DNA of 63,300 nucleotides, the filler included, from an uncultured Methanosarcinales archaeon (GTDB lineage: Archaea; Nanobdellota; Nanobdellia; Woesearchaeales; JAGLXL01), in the NCBI GenBank assembly GCA_964472345.1. It is 8 parts of 8 records of this genome, joined end to end, with 100 filler letters (N's around TTAATTAATTAA, not from the genome) between each part and the next. Parts side by side here need not be neighbours in the genome. Positions count along the whole stretch, not along the records: positions 26,381 to 34,435 come from CAYYLB010000057.1; positions 34,536 to 42,445 come from CAYYLB010000058.1; 6 more parts are not named here. One strand, given 5' to 3'. Shown here piece by piece: positions 31,551-41,239 of the stretch; the stretch's first letter is position 1; each line of letters begins with the position of its first letter. The position numbers were made by a program, and so were the translations under genes. The notes beneath the pieces are model-generated. The model was not told the DNA's origin and did no database searches. It saw only the letters and a program-made list of their open reading frames with translations.

Positions 31551-32537
31551 TTACTCTTCCTTCCCGAGGAACCAGTCGGTCAGCGCAATCCGGACCATCT
31601 TCCCCAGTTTCTTGAGTGTTATGATTTTCTTGGTTTCCAGCGACTGCAGCACGCGGCTCAGTGAAGTGCGTGGGATGCCGGTCTGGTGGCGGACGGTTGA
31701 CTGGGGGCTTTGGTTGCCATGCTCAAGCAGGAACCGCACGATCTCCTTTTCCTTGCCGTTCAGCGTTTTGAGGATGTCTTCCGCCCTGCTGCTGAGAGAT
31801 GTTTTCTTCGCCTCAGCGGCCTGCCCTTCGTTTTCCCGTGCCTGCGGCGCCGCATCCACCCCGACCCCCTCGCCGCGGGCATCATGCCGCCGTATCCGCC
31901 TGGCGAGCATGAAGAGGGAATATCCCGCGGCAGCACCTCCAAAAAAGAGCGCTGCAAGGATCCCGGCAGCGGCCAGCTGGCTGCGCCTGCGCTCGCTGAT
32001 CACGGTCCTGTCGAGCCTGATCTCAGTGCTCACAAGCGAGCCTCGCTCGACCTTTACCTCAATAGAACCGACAGCGTCCTGGTATTTCGCGGTGATGTGG
32101 CATGCTCCCACAGGCATGGCCTGCACCGAAAAGCCGCCGAAGGCGTCCGTCGCCTCAGGAAATGCAAACTGCCCGCCCCCGCAGTCGAACCGCAGCCGCG
32201 CCCCTCCGACGAGATTGTTGCGGCTGTCCTTGACATCGCCGCGCACCGTCCCAACGGGAAAGAGCAGCAGCTCATCCTGCACCTCGCGCAGCTGCACGGC
32301 GCGGTAATAGTCTGCACCGCGCGTCAGCAGGTCATCAAAAAGCAGCGTCAGCTCGCCGTCGCCGGCAGGAATCTCAACGGAACCAGTGATGTATTTATTG
32401 GTCTGCTGGTTGCCTGAGGAAAGGTAAACGATGCCATTCGTAATCGGTTCGTTCGTGGAAACATCGCGCAAGGTGACCGATGCCGCAGCTGCCGTGCCTG
32501 CAATCAGCAAGAACGCGAGAGCCGTGATGATGCTCAT
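31551..32537 (-). CDS. Membrane-anchored protein with C-terminal wHTH (COG2512-like regulator)
   Basis: Signal peptide, beta-sandwich region, TM, then LNGKEKEIVRFL..QSTVRHQTGIPRTSLSRVLQSLE. Confidence 0.78.
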   Translation of the reverse strand: MSIITALAFLLIAGTAAAASVTLRDVSTNEPITNGIVYLSSGNQQTNKYITGSVEIPAGDGELTLLFDDLLTRGADYYRAVQLREVQDELLLFPVGTVRGDVKDSRNNLVGGARLRFDCGGGQFAFPEATDAFGGFSVQAMPVGACHITAKYQDAVGSIEVKVERGSLVSTEIRLDRTVISERRRSQLAAAGILAALFFGGAAAGYSLFMLARRIRRHDARGEGVGVDAAPQARENEGQAAEAKKTSLSSRAEDILKTLNGKEKEIVRFLLEHGNQSPQSTVRHQTGIPRTSLSRVLQSLETKKIITLKKLGKMVRIALTDWFLGKEE

Positions 32538-32559
32538 TCCTCCGCCCCTTCTGAAGCGG

Positions 32560-33522
32560 CTACTCTGCACAGCGGTTTTCATTGCACGAATCGCTTAGAC
32601 ATTCATAACCAAAACTGCATCTATCACCGCCTGCTTTCTGGGAAACGAGCTGCCGCTCAGCGCTGCAGTACAATGGCTCCTCGAGCGCGAGCTTTGCCCC
32701 AACCTCAAGGCAGCGCCCGTCAACGAAGCAGCCTGTGCAGCTGCCAAGGACAACGATCTTCCCGCGTAAGTTATCAGAAAGCTCATCATGGATCAGGATC
32801 TCGCCGGCCTCAGCGAAGCTGAACGTCTTCTCCTCTCCGAGTGCAAGCGGCTGGCGGACAGTATTCAGCAGTTTCCGTTCCCCGTCAGCCACAGTGGTGA
32901 ACTCAAGCACGAGCAGGTGCTCGGCCGTGTCATTGTTGATGAACGTGACCTTGTCGCCGACGCTGATCTCGACGACCGGCTCTTCGAGGGCATGCTTCTC
33001 ACCAGGCAGGATGGTCATGATGAATTCCCGCGGCGCCGGCGGAGAGGAAGGCGAGGTCTCGATTCCCCTGCCTGACCCTCCTGCACCGCACGCGATTGCC
33101 TCGCGCCGCACCTTCGTCCCGCTGAAAAGGCCCGCAAAAAACAGCTTGATCCTGTTCTTCAGGGAGACGGGCTCGAAGATGATGTCGCCGGATGCGGCAG
33201 CGTCCATAAAGCTAAACTCGCCTGCGATGAGCTTCCGGATGACGGCCTGCGTGGTGCCCACTTTCAGGGTTGCATCGTCACGCTCACCTGCAGCAACAGC
33301 GGTGATAGTGCCCTCAGCAACATCAACACGAAGCGGCTCGCAGTCAACATAGAGCAGCACTCTTTCCGTCCCAACCATAAACCGCGGCAGCTGCATGCCG
33401 ACAAGCTGTTGCTCGTCAAGCTGCTCGTCAAGCCCGGGAAAGGCGCTCTGCGCGCCCGCCAGCGATGTGCTCATCAGCAAAAGAACCAAGGCGAAAAACA
33501 GCCAGAGCCGTGCCTGCTTCAT
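32560..33522 (-). CDS. Secreted protein with SCP2-like, cupredoxin-like and Cys-rich segments
   Basis: Signal peptide; FMDAAASGDI; VGDKVTFINND..H; Cys-rich C-terminus. Confidence 0.6.
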   Translation of the reverse strand: MKQARLWLFFALVLLLMSTSLAGAQSAFPGLDEQLDEQQLVGMQLPRFMVGTERVLLYVDCEPLRVDVAEGTITAVAAGERDDATLKVGTTQAVIRKLIAGEFSFMDAAASGDIIFEPVSLKNRIKLFFAGLFSGTKVRREAIACGAGGSGRGIETSPSSPPAPREFIMTILPGEKHALEEPVVEISVGDKVTFINNDTAEHLLVLEFTTVADGERKLLNTVRQPLALGEEKTFSFAEAGEILIHDELSDNLRGKIVVLGSCTGCFVDGRCLEVGAKLALEEPLYCSAERQLVSQKAGGDRCSFGYECLSDSCNENRCAE

Positions 33523-33765
33523 GCCTGCTCGGACGGCTGCCAGCTTTAAAAGCCTTTCTACCCGCAACGTTTCCCTCCGCTTCGCAGCTGTTGGACGAAA
33601 AAGCCCTGCGGCAGCCCATCGCTGCGCGCAGAGCCAGAGGTGGCTGAGCGGTACCCGTAATACTGGGATTTGCTGAGGCGCGTACGGCGTCCACCATCAT
33701 TGTCTTTATTATCCGCCATTTTTCCTGATGTGACCTATTATGGCGCCATCACGCGGTTTTTTCTT

Positions 33766-34188
33766 TCATGGCGCGGCGGCCACCAGTCCGGCGTTGTCTG
33801 GCTCTTCCGCCTCGGCAACGATTCCGTCAATGCTTTTCCCGTCAATGCTTTGCTGCGGATTTTGCGGCCCTTCTGTGCCACTTTGCCCGGCTCCGTGCTC
33901 TCCCCAATGTTCGTATGCAAGCCTGAGGGTTAGTCCTGGATCGGGGTAATCACCGAAGACTTTTTCATAGAGCTCAAATACGGATATAGCCCGCTCTGCA
34001 TACGCATCACGGCCATCAGCATCATCAATAACTTCTTGCCACCATTTTTTTCTGGCGAGCTCCATTGCTGTTAGTGTAGCAGGGCGCACCCCAAAGAGTT
34101 CTTCATAGGTTCGAAGTGTCTTTGCTACGTAAGGAACATACGCAAGACGCTCCTTATCCTCAACAGTTCCTTGGTTGCTAGCGGCCAT
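33766..34188 (-). CDS. Hypothetical protein
   Basis: 140-aa ORF with GGAGGT RBS upstream; no motif recognised. Confidence 0.55.
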   Translation of the reverse strand: MAASNQGTVEDKERLAYVPYVAKTLRTYEELFGVRPATLTAMELARKKWWQEVIDDADGRDAYAERAISVFELYEKVFGDYPDPGLTLRLAYEHWGEHGAGQSGTEGPQNPQQSIDGKSIDGIVAEAEEPDNAGLVAAAP

Positions 34189-34535
34189 CGTAACCTCCAG
34201 TATGGCGTCCTTCTTTTCCTTGTCCGGAACGGTAGCAGCTTCCAGAAGCGCCGATTACCCAAACCGGTCTGGTGCACAGCCCGCCCGCCCAACCAGGAAC
34301 GACGTCGCGCTCTCCGTGGCGATAGGCTCCTGCCGGTGTGCCGTTGATTTTCTCCATCAGCGCTGCAACAAGAGCGCTCAGCGCCCCGCCTACACGTACG
34401 CCACAGTCCCTTCTCGATGCAGCTTCCAAAATGTCNNNNNNNNNNNNNNNNNNNNNNNNNNNNNNNNNNNNNNNNNNNNTTAATTAATTAANNNNNNNNN
34501 NNNNNNNNNNNNNNNNNNNNNNNNNNNNNNNNNNN

Positions 34536-35451
34536 CCCTGCAGGAAACCGGAGCAGCAGAGGCTCGATCAGCTTAACCACGGCAAGCGGCGGAGGAGGCG
34601 GGGGAGGGGGGGGGGGGGGGGGAGGCGGTGGTGGCGGAAGCAGCCCGGGCAGCGCGACAGGCGAGTCGCCAGCATCAGCTCCAGCGCAGGAAGCGCCTGC
34701 ACCGAGCGCGCCGGAGCAGGCTCCCGCGGAGCAGCCGCAGCAGGAGACGATTGCGGTCACGGTAACCGCGCCGGCAGAAGCGCCGCAGGCTGCGCCGGAA
34801 TCAACGGTCGGCGCGCTCACGGGCGCCCCGGAACCGGAGAGCACGGCGCTCGTTTCAGGGGCATTGCAGGACAGCGCCGTGGCCAGCGGCATCATGAGCG
34901 GGCTTGCGGCAGGGGAGAGCAGCGCGCCAACCCGCCTGGCAATCACGTCTACGTCAACCGGCGAAACCGCAGAAGTCACGGCGATTTTCACGCCGATTGC
35001 GGCGGCAGGCGGGGAGCCGGCTTACGTCGCAAGCGCGGTCGCTGAAAGCGAGGACGCGATTGATGTCTTTGTGGTGCTGAGCGAGGGAAGCGGTGAAAAC
35101 GGGGAAGCCGCAGCGGGGGCAAGCGGAGGCAGCGTGACATTCACGGCAGCGGCCGTCGCAGCGCTCAGGCGTGAGCCGCAGCTCACGGTCGAGCTTGACC
35201 TGCAGAAGCCCGCCGAACCGGGCTACAGGCCAAGCCTGAAGCTGCGCGGCCTGTTCGAGGCGCTGTTCCGGGGGCCGCGCACGCAGTACGTCGAGCTGCA
35301 CGGGCCGTTCGGGAAGGGCGGGGTTCTGGTTGCGCAGCGCTTCATCGCGGACGAGAGGCTTGCGGGCGGGCGCACGCTTGAGATCGATGTCGCACGCGGA
35401 GCGGAGCGGCTCGCGTCGCAGAAGCATCATGTTGAGCTGGAGCGCCGCTGA
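34536..35451 (+). CDS. C-terminal part of a surface protein (5'-truncated)
   Basis: Frame open from contig start: AGNRS..poly-Gly and Ala/Pro/Glu linker, then a globular domain. Confidence 0.6.
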
Positions 35452-35482
35452 ATTTCGAGAGTGCTGAACAAGCACCAAAGAA

Positions 35483-36256
35483 CTACTTCTTCTCTTCCTT
35501 CTTTGAGGCTTCCTTCTTGGGAGCTTCTTTCTTGGCTTCGGGTTTCGCTTCGCCTGCAGCTGCCTCGGCCGGCAGGAGCTGCTCGATGATGTCGGCGGGG
35601 ATCTTCTCCTCGACCATCTTCGCCTTGATCTTGCTGCGCTCCTGGCCTTCCAGCGCCGCCATGATTGCCTTGGCCTTCGCCTCGAACTCCGCGCGGCGCT
35701 TCTCGATCTCCTGCTGGAGCTTCTTTTTCTCTTCGGCAAGCGCCTTGAGCTCTTCTGCGGTGAGCTCGGTCTTTTCTTCCCGGATCTCCTGATCAAACTT
35801 CCCCGCGTTCACCAGGCTGATGGCTTCCTTGCCGGAAACCCCCTGCACAAGGATCCCCATGCTGTTGCAGGTGCCGATAACTTCCTTGACCTTCTGCTTG
35901 AGGTCCTTTCCCTGCAGGCTGTCCCCCTTCATCTTCGCGACCTTGATGATCTGCTCGATGCGGACGTCCGCCACTTTATCGGTCAGCGGGTTTGCGGCGC
36001 CCTTTTCGACCCCGGCTTCCTTGATGATGAGGGCGCTCGTCGGCGGGGTGCCGACCTCGATGTCGAATTCCTTGGTTCCTGTTTCGACGGTGACGGTGAC
36101 GGGGACCTGCATGCCCGCGAAGCTCTTCGTCCTTTCGTTGATCTTGGCGATGACCTGGCCGATGTTCACGCCCAGCGGACCGAGAGCTGGCCCTAAGGGT
36201 GGTGCTGCGGTCGCCTTTCCGCCTTCGATGAGTGCCTTGACCCGTTCTTTGGCCAT
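35483..36256 (-). CDS. rpl11: 50S ribosomal protein L11 (uL11) with long C-terminal extension
   Basis: GGKATAAPPLGPALGPLGVN, VGTPPTSAL, IGTCNSMG. Confidence 0.95.
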   Translation of the reverse strand: MAKERVKALIEGGKATAAPPLGPALGPLGVNIGQVIAKINERTKSFAGMQVPVTVTVETGTKEFDIEVGTPPTSALIIKEAGVEKGAANPLTDKVADVRIEQIIKVAKMKGDSLQGKDLKQKVKEVIGTCNSMGILVQGVSGKEAISLVNAGKFDQEIREEKTELTAEELKALAEEKKKLQQEIEKRRAEFEAKAKAIMAALEGQERSKIKAKMVEEKIPADIIEQLLPAEAAAGEAKPEAKKEAPKKEASKKEEKK

Positions 36257-36449
36257 GAGAACCTCTGAGTGATGGAAAGAACCGCTGCGCGTTGTTTATA
36301 AGCTTTTCGCACAAAAAAACGGATTGCGCCGTTTCCGCCGGGGTTCTGGGGGGAGCTGCGGAGGCGCTGACGGCGAATGTTCTGCTGGACTTTCGGACGG
36401 AATGATTTAAATACAAAACATCCTTCCCCTGTGACGAAGAGGTGAACGC

Positions 36450-37478
36450 ATGCCGATCACGATCGCAATCAACGGCTTTGGGAGAATCGGGCGCCTTCTT
36501 GCCCGGATCGCGCTGGAAAGCAGGAAGCTGCGCCTTGTGGCAGTAAATGACCTTGCTGATGCGCAGGCATTGGCGATGCTGTTCAGGTATGACAGCGTGC
36601 ATCCGGCGTTTCCTGGAACGGTGCAGGCGGAGGGAAACGGGCTGCTCATCGACGGGAAGCGCATCATCGTTCTGCAGGAGAAGGATCCTGCGAAACTGCC
36701 CTGGAAGAAGCTTGGTGTTGATATCGTCGCCGAATGCACGGGCCTGCTCACGAAAGGCAATTCAGCACGGGTGCATCTCGGCGCAGGCGCGCGGACCGTC
36801 ATCGTTTCGGCGCCGTGCAGCTGCGAGGGGGGCGCATGCCCGCCGGATATGGTGAAGACTATCGTCCTCGGGGTGAATGAGCGCACCTACCAGCCGCGGA
36901 AGCACAGGGTCATCAGCAATGCAAGCTGCACGACGAACTGCGCCGCCCCTGTTCTAAAGGTGATCCACGACGCTTTTGGAATCGTCCGCGGGACGCTCAC
37001 CACAGTGCATGCCTATACTGCCGACCAGCGCCTGCAGGATGCTTCCCATCGCGACCTGCGGCGTGCGCGCGCTGCGGCGCAGAACATCATTCCGACGGGC
37101 ACGGGTGCCGCGCTTTCCGTGGCTGAGGTTATCCCTGAGCTTGCAGGAAAGCTTGATGCGCTTGCGCTGCGCGTGCCGGTGATCAACGGATCGGTCACTG
37201 ACTTCACGCTGCAGCTGAAGAAAAAAGCCACTGCGCAGCAGGTGAATGCGGTGATGCGGCAGGCAGCAGCGAAGGGCATGAAAGGCATCATCCGCTACAA
37301 TGAGGATCCGATTGTCAGCAGCGACATCATCACCGATCCGCACAGCGCCATCTTCGACGCTCCGTTCACGAAGGCCCTCGATGGCAGCTGGGTGAAGGCG
37401 CTCGCGTGGTACGACAACGAATGGGGCTTTTCGTGCCGGATGGCGGAGCTGATGGAGTATATCGGGAGCAGATGGTAA
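36450..37478 (+). CDS. gap: Type I (bacterial-like) glyceraldehyde-3-phosphate dehydrogenase
   Basis: INGFGRIGR, SNASCTTNC, WYDNEWG. Confidence 0.96.
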   Translation: MPITIAINGFGRIGRLLARIALESRKLRLVAVNDLADAQALAMLFRYDSVHPAFPGTVQAEGNGLLIDGKRIIVLQEKDPAKLPWKKLGVDIVAECTGLLTKGNSARVHLGAGARTVIVSAPCSCEGGACPPDMVKTIVLGVNERTYQPRKHRVISNASCTTNCAAPVLKVIHDAFGIVRGTLTTVHAYTADQRLQDASHRDLRRARAAAQNIIPTGTGAALSVAEVIPELAGKLDALALRVPVINGSVTDFTLQLKKKATAQQVNAVMRQAAAKGMKGIIRYNEDPIVSSDIITDPHSAIFDAPFTKALDGSWVKALAWYDNEWGFSCRMAELMEYIGSRW

Positions 37479-37573
37479 AAATGTCTCTTCCCTGACGGCA
37501 TCCCCGACGGCACCCACTTTCCCCCAGCTTTCATACTTTCTCTCGAAACATTTATAACACTTCGCGGGGAAGC

Positions 37574-37747
37574 GGGGTTGGTGCGGAATGTGCACTGCCT
37601 CCTCTTTTGCGAGCGACGCCGTCCGCTGCTTGCAGGGCAGCTGGGACTGATTTCCTTTAATGCAAACTGCGGGATAGCAGCGAAGCGAGTTGCGGAAATC
37701 AGCGGAGTGAGCTGGCAGTGACGCGAAGCGAATTACGCACCAACCCT
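37574..37747. mobile_element. MITE family B, copy 2 (degenerate TSD)
   Basis: TIRs GGGGTTGGTGCGGAAT / ATTACGCACCAACCCT; flanks GGGGAAGC and AGTGAAGT (5/8 match). Confidence 0.68.
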
Positions 37748-37762
37748 AGTGAAGTTGCGGCG

Positions 37763-38950
37763 ATGAAAACGATGCTCAGCGTGCGGGATGCTCCCGTCCG
37801 GGGGAAGCGTGTCCTTGTCCGCGTTGATTTCAATGTTCCGCTGCGCAACGGCCGGGTGGCTGATGTTAACCGCATCGCGAGCTCGCTGCCGACAATCCGC
37901 CTGCTGCTGCGGCGGAAAGCGAAAGTGATCCTGCTCTCGCATCTCGGAAGGCCTGACGGGAGGCGCGATCCGCGTGCAAGCCTGCGGCCGGTTGCGCGCG
38001 CCCTGCAGAAAATGCTTCCGCGCGTGAAGGTCTCTTTTTTCCCGGCATGCGTCGGAAAAGCTGCCGAAGCATTTGTCGGGCGCATGAAGCCGGGCGAGCT
38101 TGTGCTGCTCGAGAATGTGCGCTTCCACGCAGAGGAGGAGCGGAACGATGCGCGGTTCGCGGCGCGGCTTGCGCGGTTCGCGGACTGGTACGTGAACGAT
38201 GCGTTTGCCGCTTCCCACCGCAGCCACGCGAGCCTGGATGCGATCACGCGGCTGCTGCCGGGCGCGGCCGGCCTGCTGCTTGAGAAAGAGGTGAGGCTGC
38301 TCAGCACGATCCTGAAGCCACGCCGGCCGTTCGTGTGCATTTTCGGGGGGGCGAAGATTTCTGATAAGATCGGGACGATGGAGCATCTTGCGCGGAAGGC
38401 GGATGTGCTGCTGATCGGGGGCGCGCTTGCAGCAACGTTTTTGCGTGCCTCCGGGGTTGAGGTCGGGCGCAGCATGGCTGATTCGGTCGCTGTTGCGGAG
38501 CGCATCCTGAAGCGCTATCGCCGGAAAACCGTGCTGCCGTCTGACGTCGTTGTGGCCTCTTCGGCCAAAGGAATGGGCAGTGTCATCTCCGTTGATGCGA
38601 TCCCTCTCCAGGGCATGGTGATGGACATCGGCCCTGCAGCGGTGAAGCGCTTCTGCCGGGAGCTGGCGTCAGCGCGGACGGTCTTCTGGAACGGCCCGCT
38701 GGGCGTGTGCGAATTCGCGCGGTTCGCTCGCGCAACGAGGGCAGTCGCGCGGTTCCTCGCTCGCGCGCACGCGAGAACGATCATCGGCGGGGGCGACAGC
38801 GCGGAAGCGGTGCTGCGGCTTGGGCTGGCGAGCAGGTTTATCCACATTTCAACCGGCGGCGGCGCGTCGCTTGAGTTTCTCGCGGGAAAGGTGATGCCTG
38901 CGCTGGCTGCGCTGGAAAGAAATTACGCCCGGTTTACGAAGCGCGGGTGA
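37763..38950 (+). CDS. pgk: Phosphoglycerate kinase
   Basis: RVDFNVP, SHLGRP, LENVRF, GGAKISDK, FWNGPLG, STGGGASL. Confidence 0.96.
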   Translation: MKTMLSVRDAPVRGKRVLVRVDFNVPLRNGRVADVNRIASSLPTIRLLLRRKAKVILLSHLGRPDGRRDPRASLRPVARALQKMLPRVKVSFFPACVGKAAEAFVGRMKPGELVLLENVRFHAEEERNDARFAARLARFADWYVNDAFAASHRSHASLDAITRLLPGAAGLLLEKEVRLLSTILKPRRPFVCIFGGAKISDKIGTMEHLARKADVLLIGGALAATFLRASGVEVGRSMADSVAVAERILKRYRRKTVLPSDVVVASSAKGMGSVISVDAIPLQGMVMDIGPAAVKRFCRELASARTVFWNGPLGVCEFARFARATRAVARFLARAHARTIIGGGDSAEAVLRLGLASRFIHISTGGGASLEFLAGKVMPALAALERNYARFTKRG

Positions 38951-40196
38951 TGGTGACGGACGTCTGCAGAACGTTCCCTATCTGATCGCCGAGGCGGCGG
39001 TACTGCCCGTCAAGCTCCGAGCGCTGCAGCTCAGCGCTGAGTGCTGCCTCTTCGCCCGTCAGGCGCTCGAGCTGCTGCCTGAAGTGGTCACGCTTGTATT
39101 CAAGCTCGCGCAGCTTCCCCATGACCGGATGCGCTTCCATGCGCTCGAGCAGGGCATGGCGCTCGCTGATGAGGAGCTGTTCCTGTGCGCGGAGGGCTGC
39201 GAGCTGCTGCAGATCGGCCATGCTGAAGAAATCTTCAAGCTTCTTGACTGTTTCTTCTTTCAGTCCAAGCTCCGTAAGGCGCCCGCTGAGGCTCCTGAGA
39301 GTTCCAATAATCGCAAGCGCCTGATCGGCAAGCAGTGCTGCCGGGGCGTTCTGCAGGTAGCTCCTGACGAGCGCCTGCTCACCATCTGCTGCGAGATACT
39401 CATATTTCCGCAGGGCGCGATCGATCTCAAGGAAGAACGTGAGGACCGAGCGCTCGGTTGCCGCAGACTGGTCAACGAGCTTATCCCTTGTTGCGAGAAG
39501 GTCCTGGTACGATGCGAATTCCTCACCTGCACGCAGATCTTCAATTGATGACTCTTTTGCCTCAAGCTGCCGGCGCGCGTACGCGAGGCGGTGCCTGGCA
39601 GCGGCGAGCTCTTCGAGGACACGCTGCTGCCTCTCTTCCTGCTGCCTGAGGGCGGCTATTTCGCCGTGGAGTGCCTGGAGCGCCGGGATGTTCCGCTTTT
39701 CGAGGAACTGCGCAAACGCGGTGAGCGTCGTGCTCAGCTCGCGCAACGAGCCTGCGATGAGATCGGCTTGCTGATGGAACAGGTGGCGGGTCGCCTGAAA
39801 GCTCTTTGCCGTGCGCTGCGCAAGCGTGTCAAGCTTGGTGCGGAGCTCATTGGCGAGCAGGATGCTGCTGTCCAGATTCGTCTCCGCCGGAATGGCAATG
39901 TCGTTCAGGAAGAGTACAAGCTCGCGCGCATAGTTGTCACGGTGGCCCATCACCACATTTTTGATGCGCTGCTCGACCGCGTCATCCTTCATCTGCGCGA
40001 GAAGCAGCTGCTCACGCTGCTCGCGGAGCTGCTGGTAAATCCGGCGGACTGCCTGAGAGAAGCCTTGCAGTGCGCCGTCGAGCTGCGCGATGCGCTCCTT
40101 CCGCTGCGCGTCGAACCAGCTTGGGAGTTCGCTGCTTGCCACCAGGAGCGGGGGGCGCGGCTTCTTCCTGAGGACAGTTCTGAGGAACGACCACAT
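38934..40196 (-). CDS. Hypothetical coiled-coil protein (start 40196 or 40202)
   Basis: About 420-aa helical ORF; TATA TTATTAAA 30 bp upstream of ATG 40196. Confidence 0.75.
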   Translation of the reverse strand: MWSFLRTVLRKKPRPPLLVASSELPSWFDAQRKERIAQLDGALQGFSQAVRRIYQQLREQREQLLLAQMKDDAVEQRIKNVVMGHRDNYARELVLFLNDIAIPAETNLDSSILLANELRTKLDTLAQRTAKSFQATRHLFHQQADLIAGSLRELSTTLTAFAQFLEKRNIPALQALHGEIAALRQQEERQQRVLEELAAARHRLAYARRQLEAKESSIEDLRAGEEFASYQDLLATRDKLVDQSAATERSVLTFFLEIDRALRKYEYLAADGEQALVRSYLQNAPAALLADQALAIIGTLRSLSGRLTELGLKEETVKKLEDFFSMADLQQLAALRAQEQLLISERHALLERMEAHPVMGKLRELEYKRDHFRQQLERLTGEEAALSAELQRSELDGQYRRLGDQIGNVLQTSVTITRAS

Positions 40197-40240
40197 GCCC
40201 ATGTTCCAGCTCCCGCTGTTTAATAAGGTTACGGGTTTCG

Positions 40241-40397
40241 GGCGTTATTGAAAAGTTCGCCAAGGCGGCAAGTGAGCGCCTCGGACTCGGTACGAGGCTC
40301 AGGAGGACGCTGCACGTTCTCCGCGCCTCGGACTCGGTACGAGGCTCAGGAAAAGCGCACTTTTCCGCGTAGCGAACGGGAACTTTTCAATAACGCC
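40241..40397. mobile_element. MITE family A, copy 2 (157 bp)
   Basis: Same 18-bp TIRs; TSD GGGTTTCG (40233-40240, 40398-40405); internal 29-bp direct repeat at 40276-40304 and 40323-40351. Confidence 0.92.
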
Positions 40398-40510
40398 GGG
40401 TTTCGCAGTACCTCCGCACGCAGTTTTCCACGCCAAGAACGCCGCCGGTGCCTGCTCGCTCGCACTCATGGCGCTGGTGGCGGCGCTCTTGGCAGTTGCG
40501 GAGTGCTTTT

Positions 40511-41239
40511 TCACCTGACCCTGCAGACGGGAGGCAGCGTCCGCTTGTGCCTGGTGCGCTGCATGAGCTCCCGCACACGACGGATGCTGGCTTGGCTGAT
40601 GCCGTGCGTCTTTCCCTGCAGGATGCGGTCAAGCTCCCCATACGGAAGGCCGAGCTCGCCTTCGTCAGTCTGCCCGGGCCAGAGGCCGGCGGACGGGGTC
40701 TTCATGATAATCTGTTTTGGGATGCCGAGCTGCGCTGCGAGCTGCCGCACCTCGCTCTTGGTGAGGCCTCCGATGGGCAGGAAGTCGCAGGCGCTGTCGC
40801 CGTACTTGGTCGTGTAGCCGGTCATGATCTCTGAGCGGTTGCCGGTGCCGGCGACGCGCAGGCTGTGGAGGTTCGCGTACGCATACAGGAGCATCATCCG
40901 TGCGCGGGCCTTGACGTTGCCGAGCGCAATCCTGTCCGCGGCTGTTGCCGGCTCTGCAGCTTTCAGCGCGTCAACAATGCCGTTGATGGGCCTGACAAGG
41001 GAGCGCGTGCCGAGCTGCGCTGCGAGCTGCGCCGCGTCGCCCATATCGCGCCTGCTTGTCGCGCCGCGCTCAGGCATGAGGAGGAGCATGACGCTGCCGC
41101 TGCCGAGGGCGCGTGCGCATAATGCTGCGACGGCTGCCGAATCAATGCCCCCGGAGACGCCGACGACGACGCCTGTCGCGCCTTTCGCCTGCTCGCGGAT
41201 AAAGCGGATGATCTTTCGCTCAGCCGCCTTGAGGTCCAT
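40511..41239 (-). CDS. nadE: NH3-dependent NAD+ synthetase
   Basis: GVSGGIDSA, NVKARARM, GTGNRSE, TKYGD, PSAGLWPGQTDE. Confidence 0.95.
   Translation of the reverse strand: MDLKAAERKIIRFIREQAKGATGVVVGVSGGIDSAAVAALCARALGSGSVMLLLMPERGATSRRDMGDAAQLAAQLGTRSLVRPINGIVDALKAAEPATAADRIALGNVKARARMMLLYAYANLHSLRVAGTGNRSEIMTGYTTKYGDSACDFLPIGGLTKSEVRQLAAQLGIPKQIIMKTPSAGLWPGQTDEGELGLPYGELDRILQGKTHGISQASIRRVRELMQRTRHKRTLPPVCRVR

Noticed and set aside
37763..38950. Very Arg/Ala-rich PGK as a special adaptation
   Set aside because: NadC and Trm5 show the same bias, which GC-driven codon usage can explain.
40276..40351. 29-bp direct repeat pair as a mini-CRISPR
   Set aside because: Only two units with an 18-bp spacer, inside a MITE, and no cas genes in the window.
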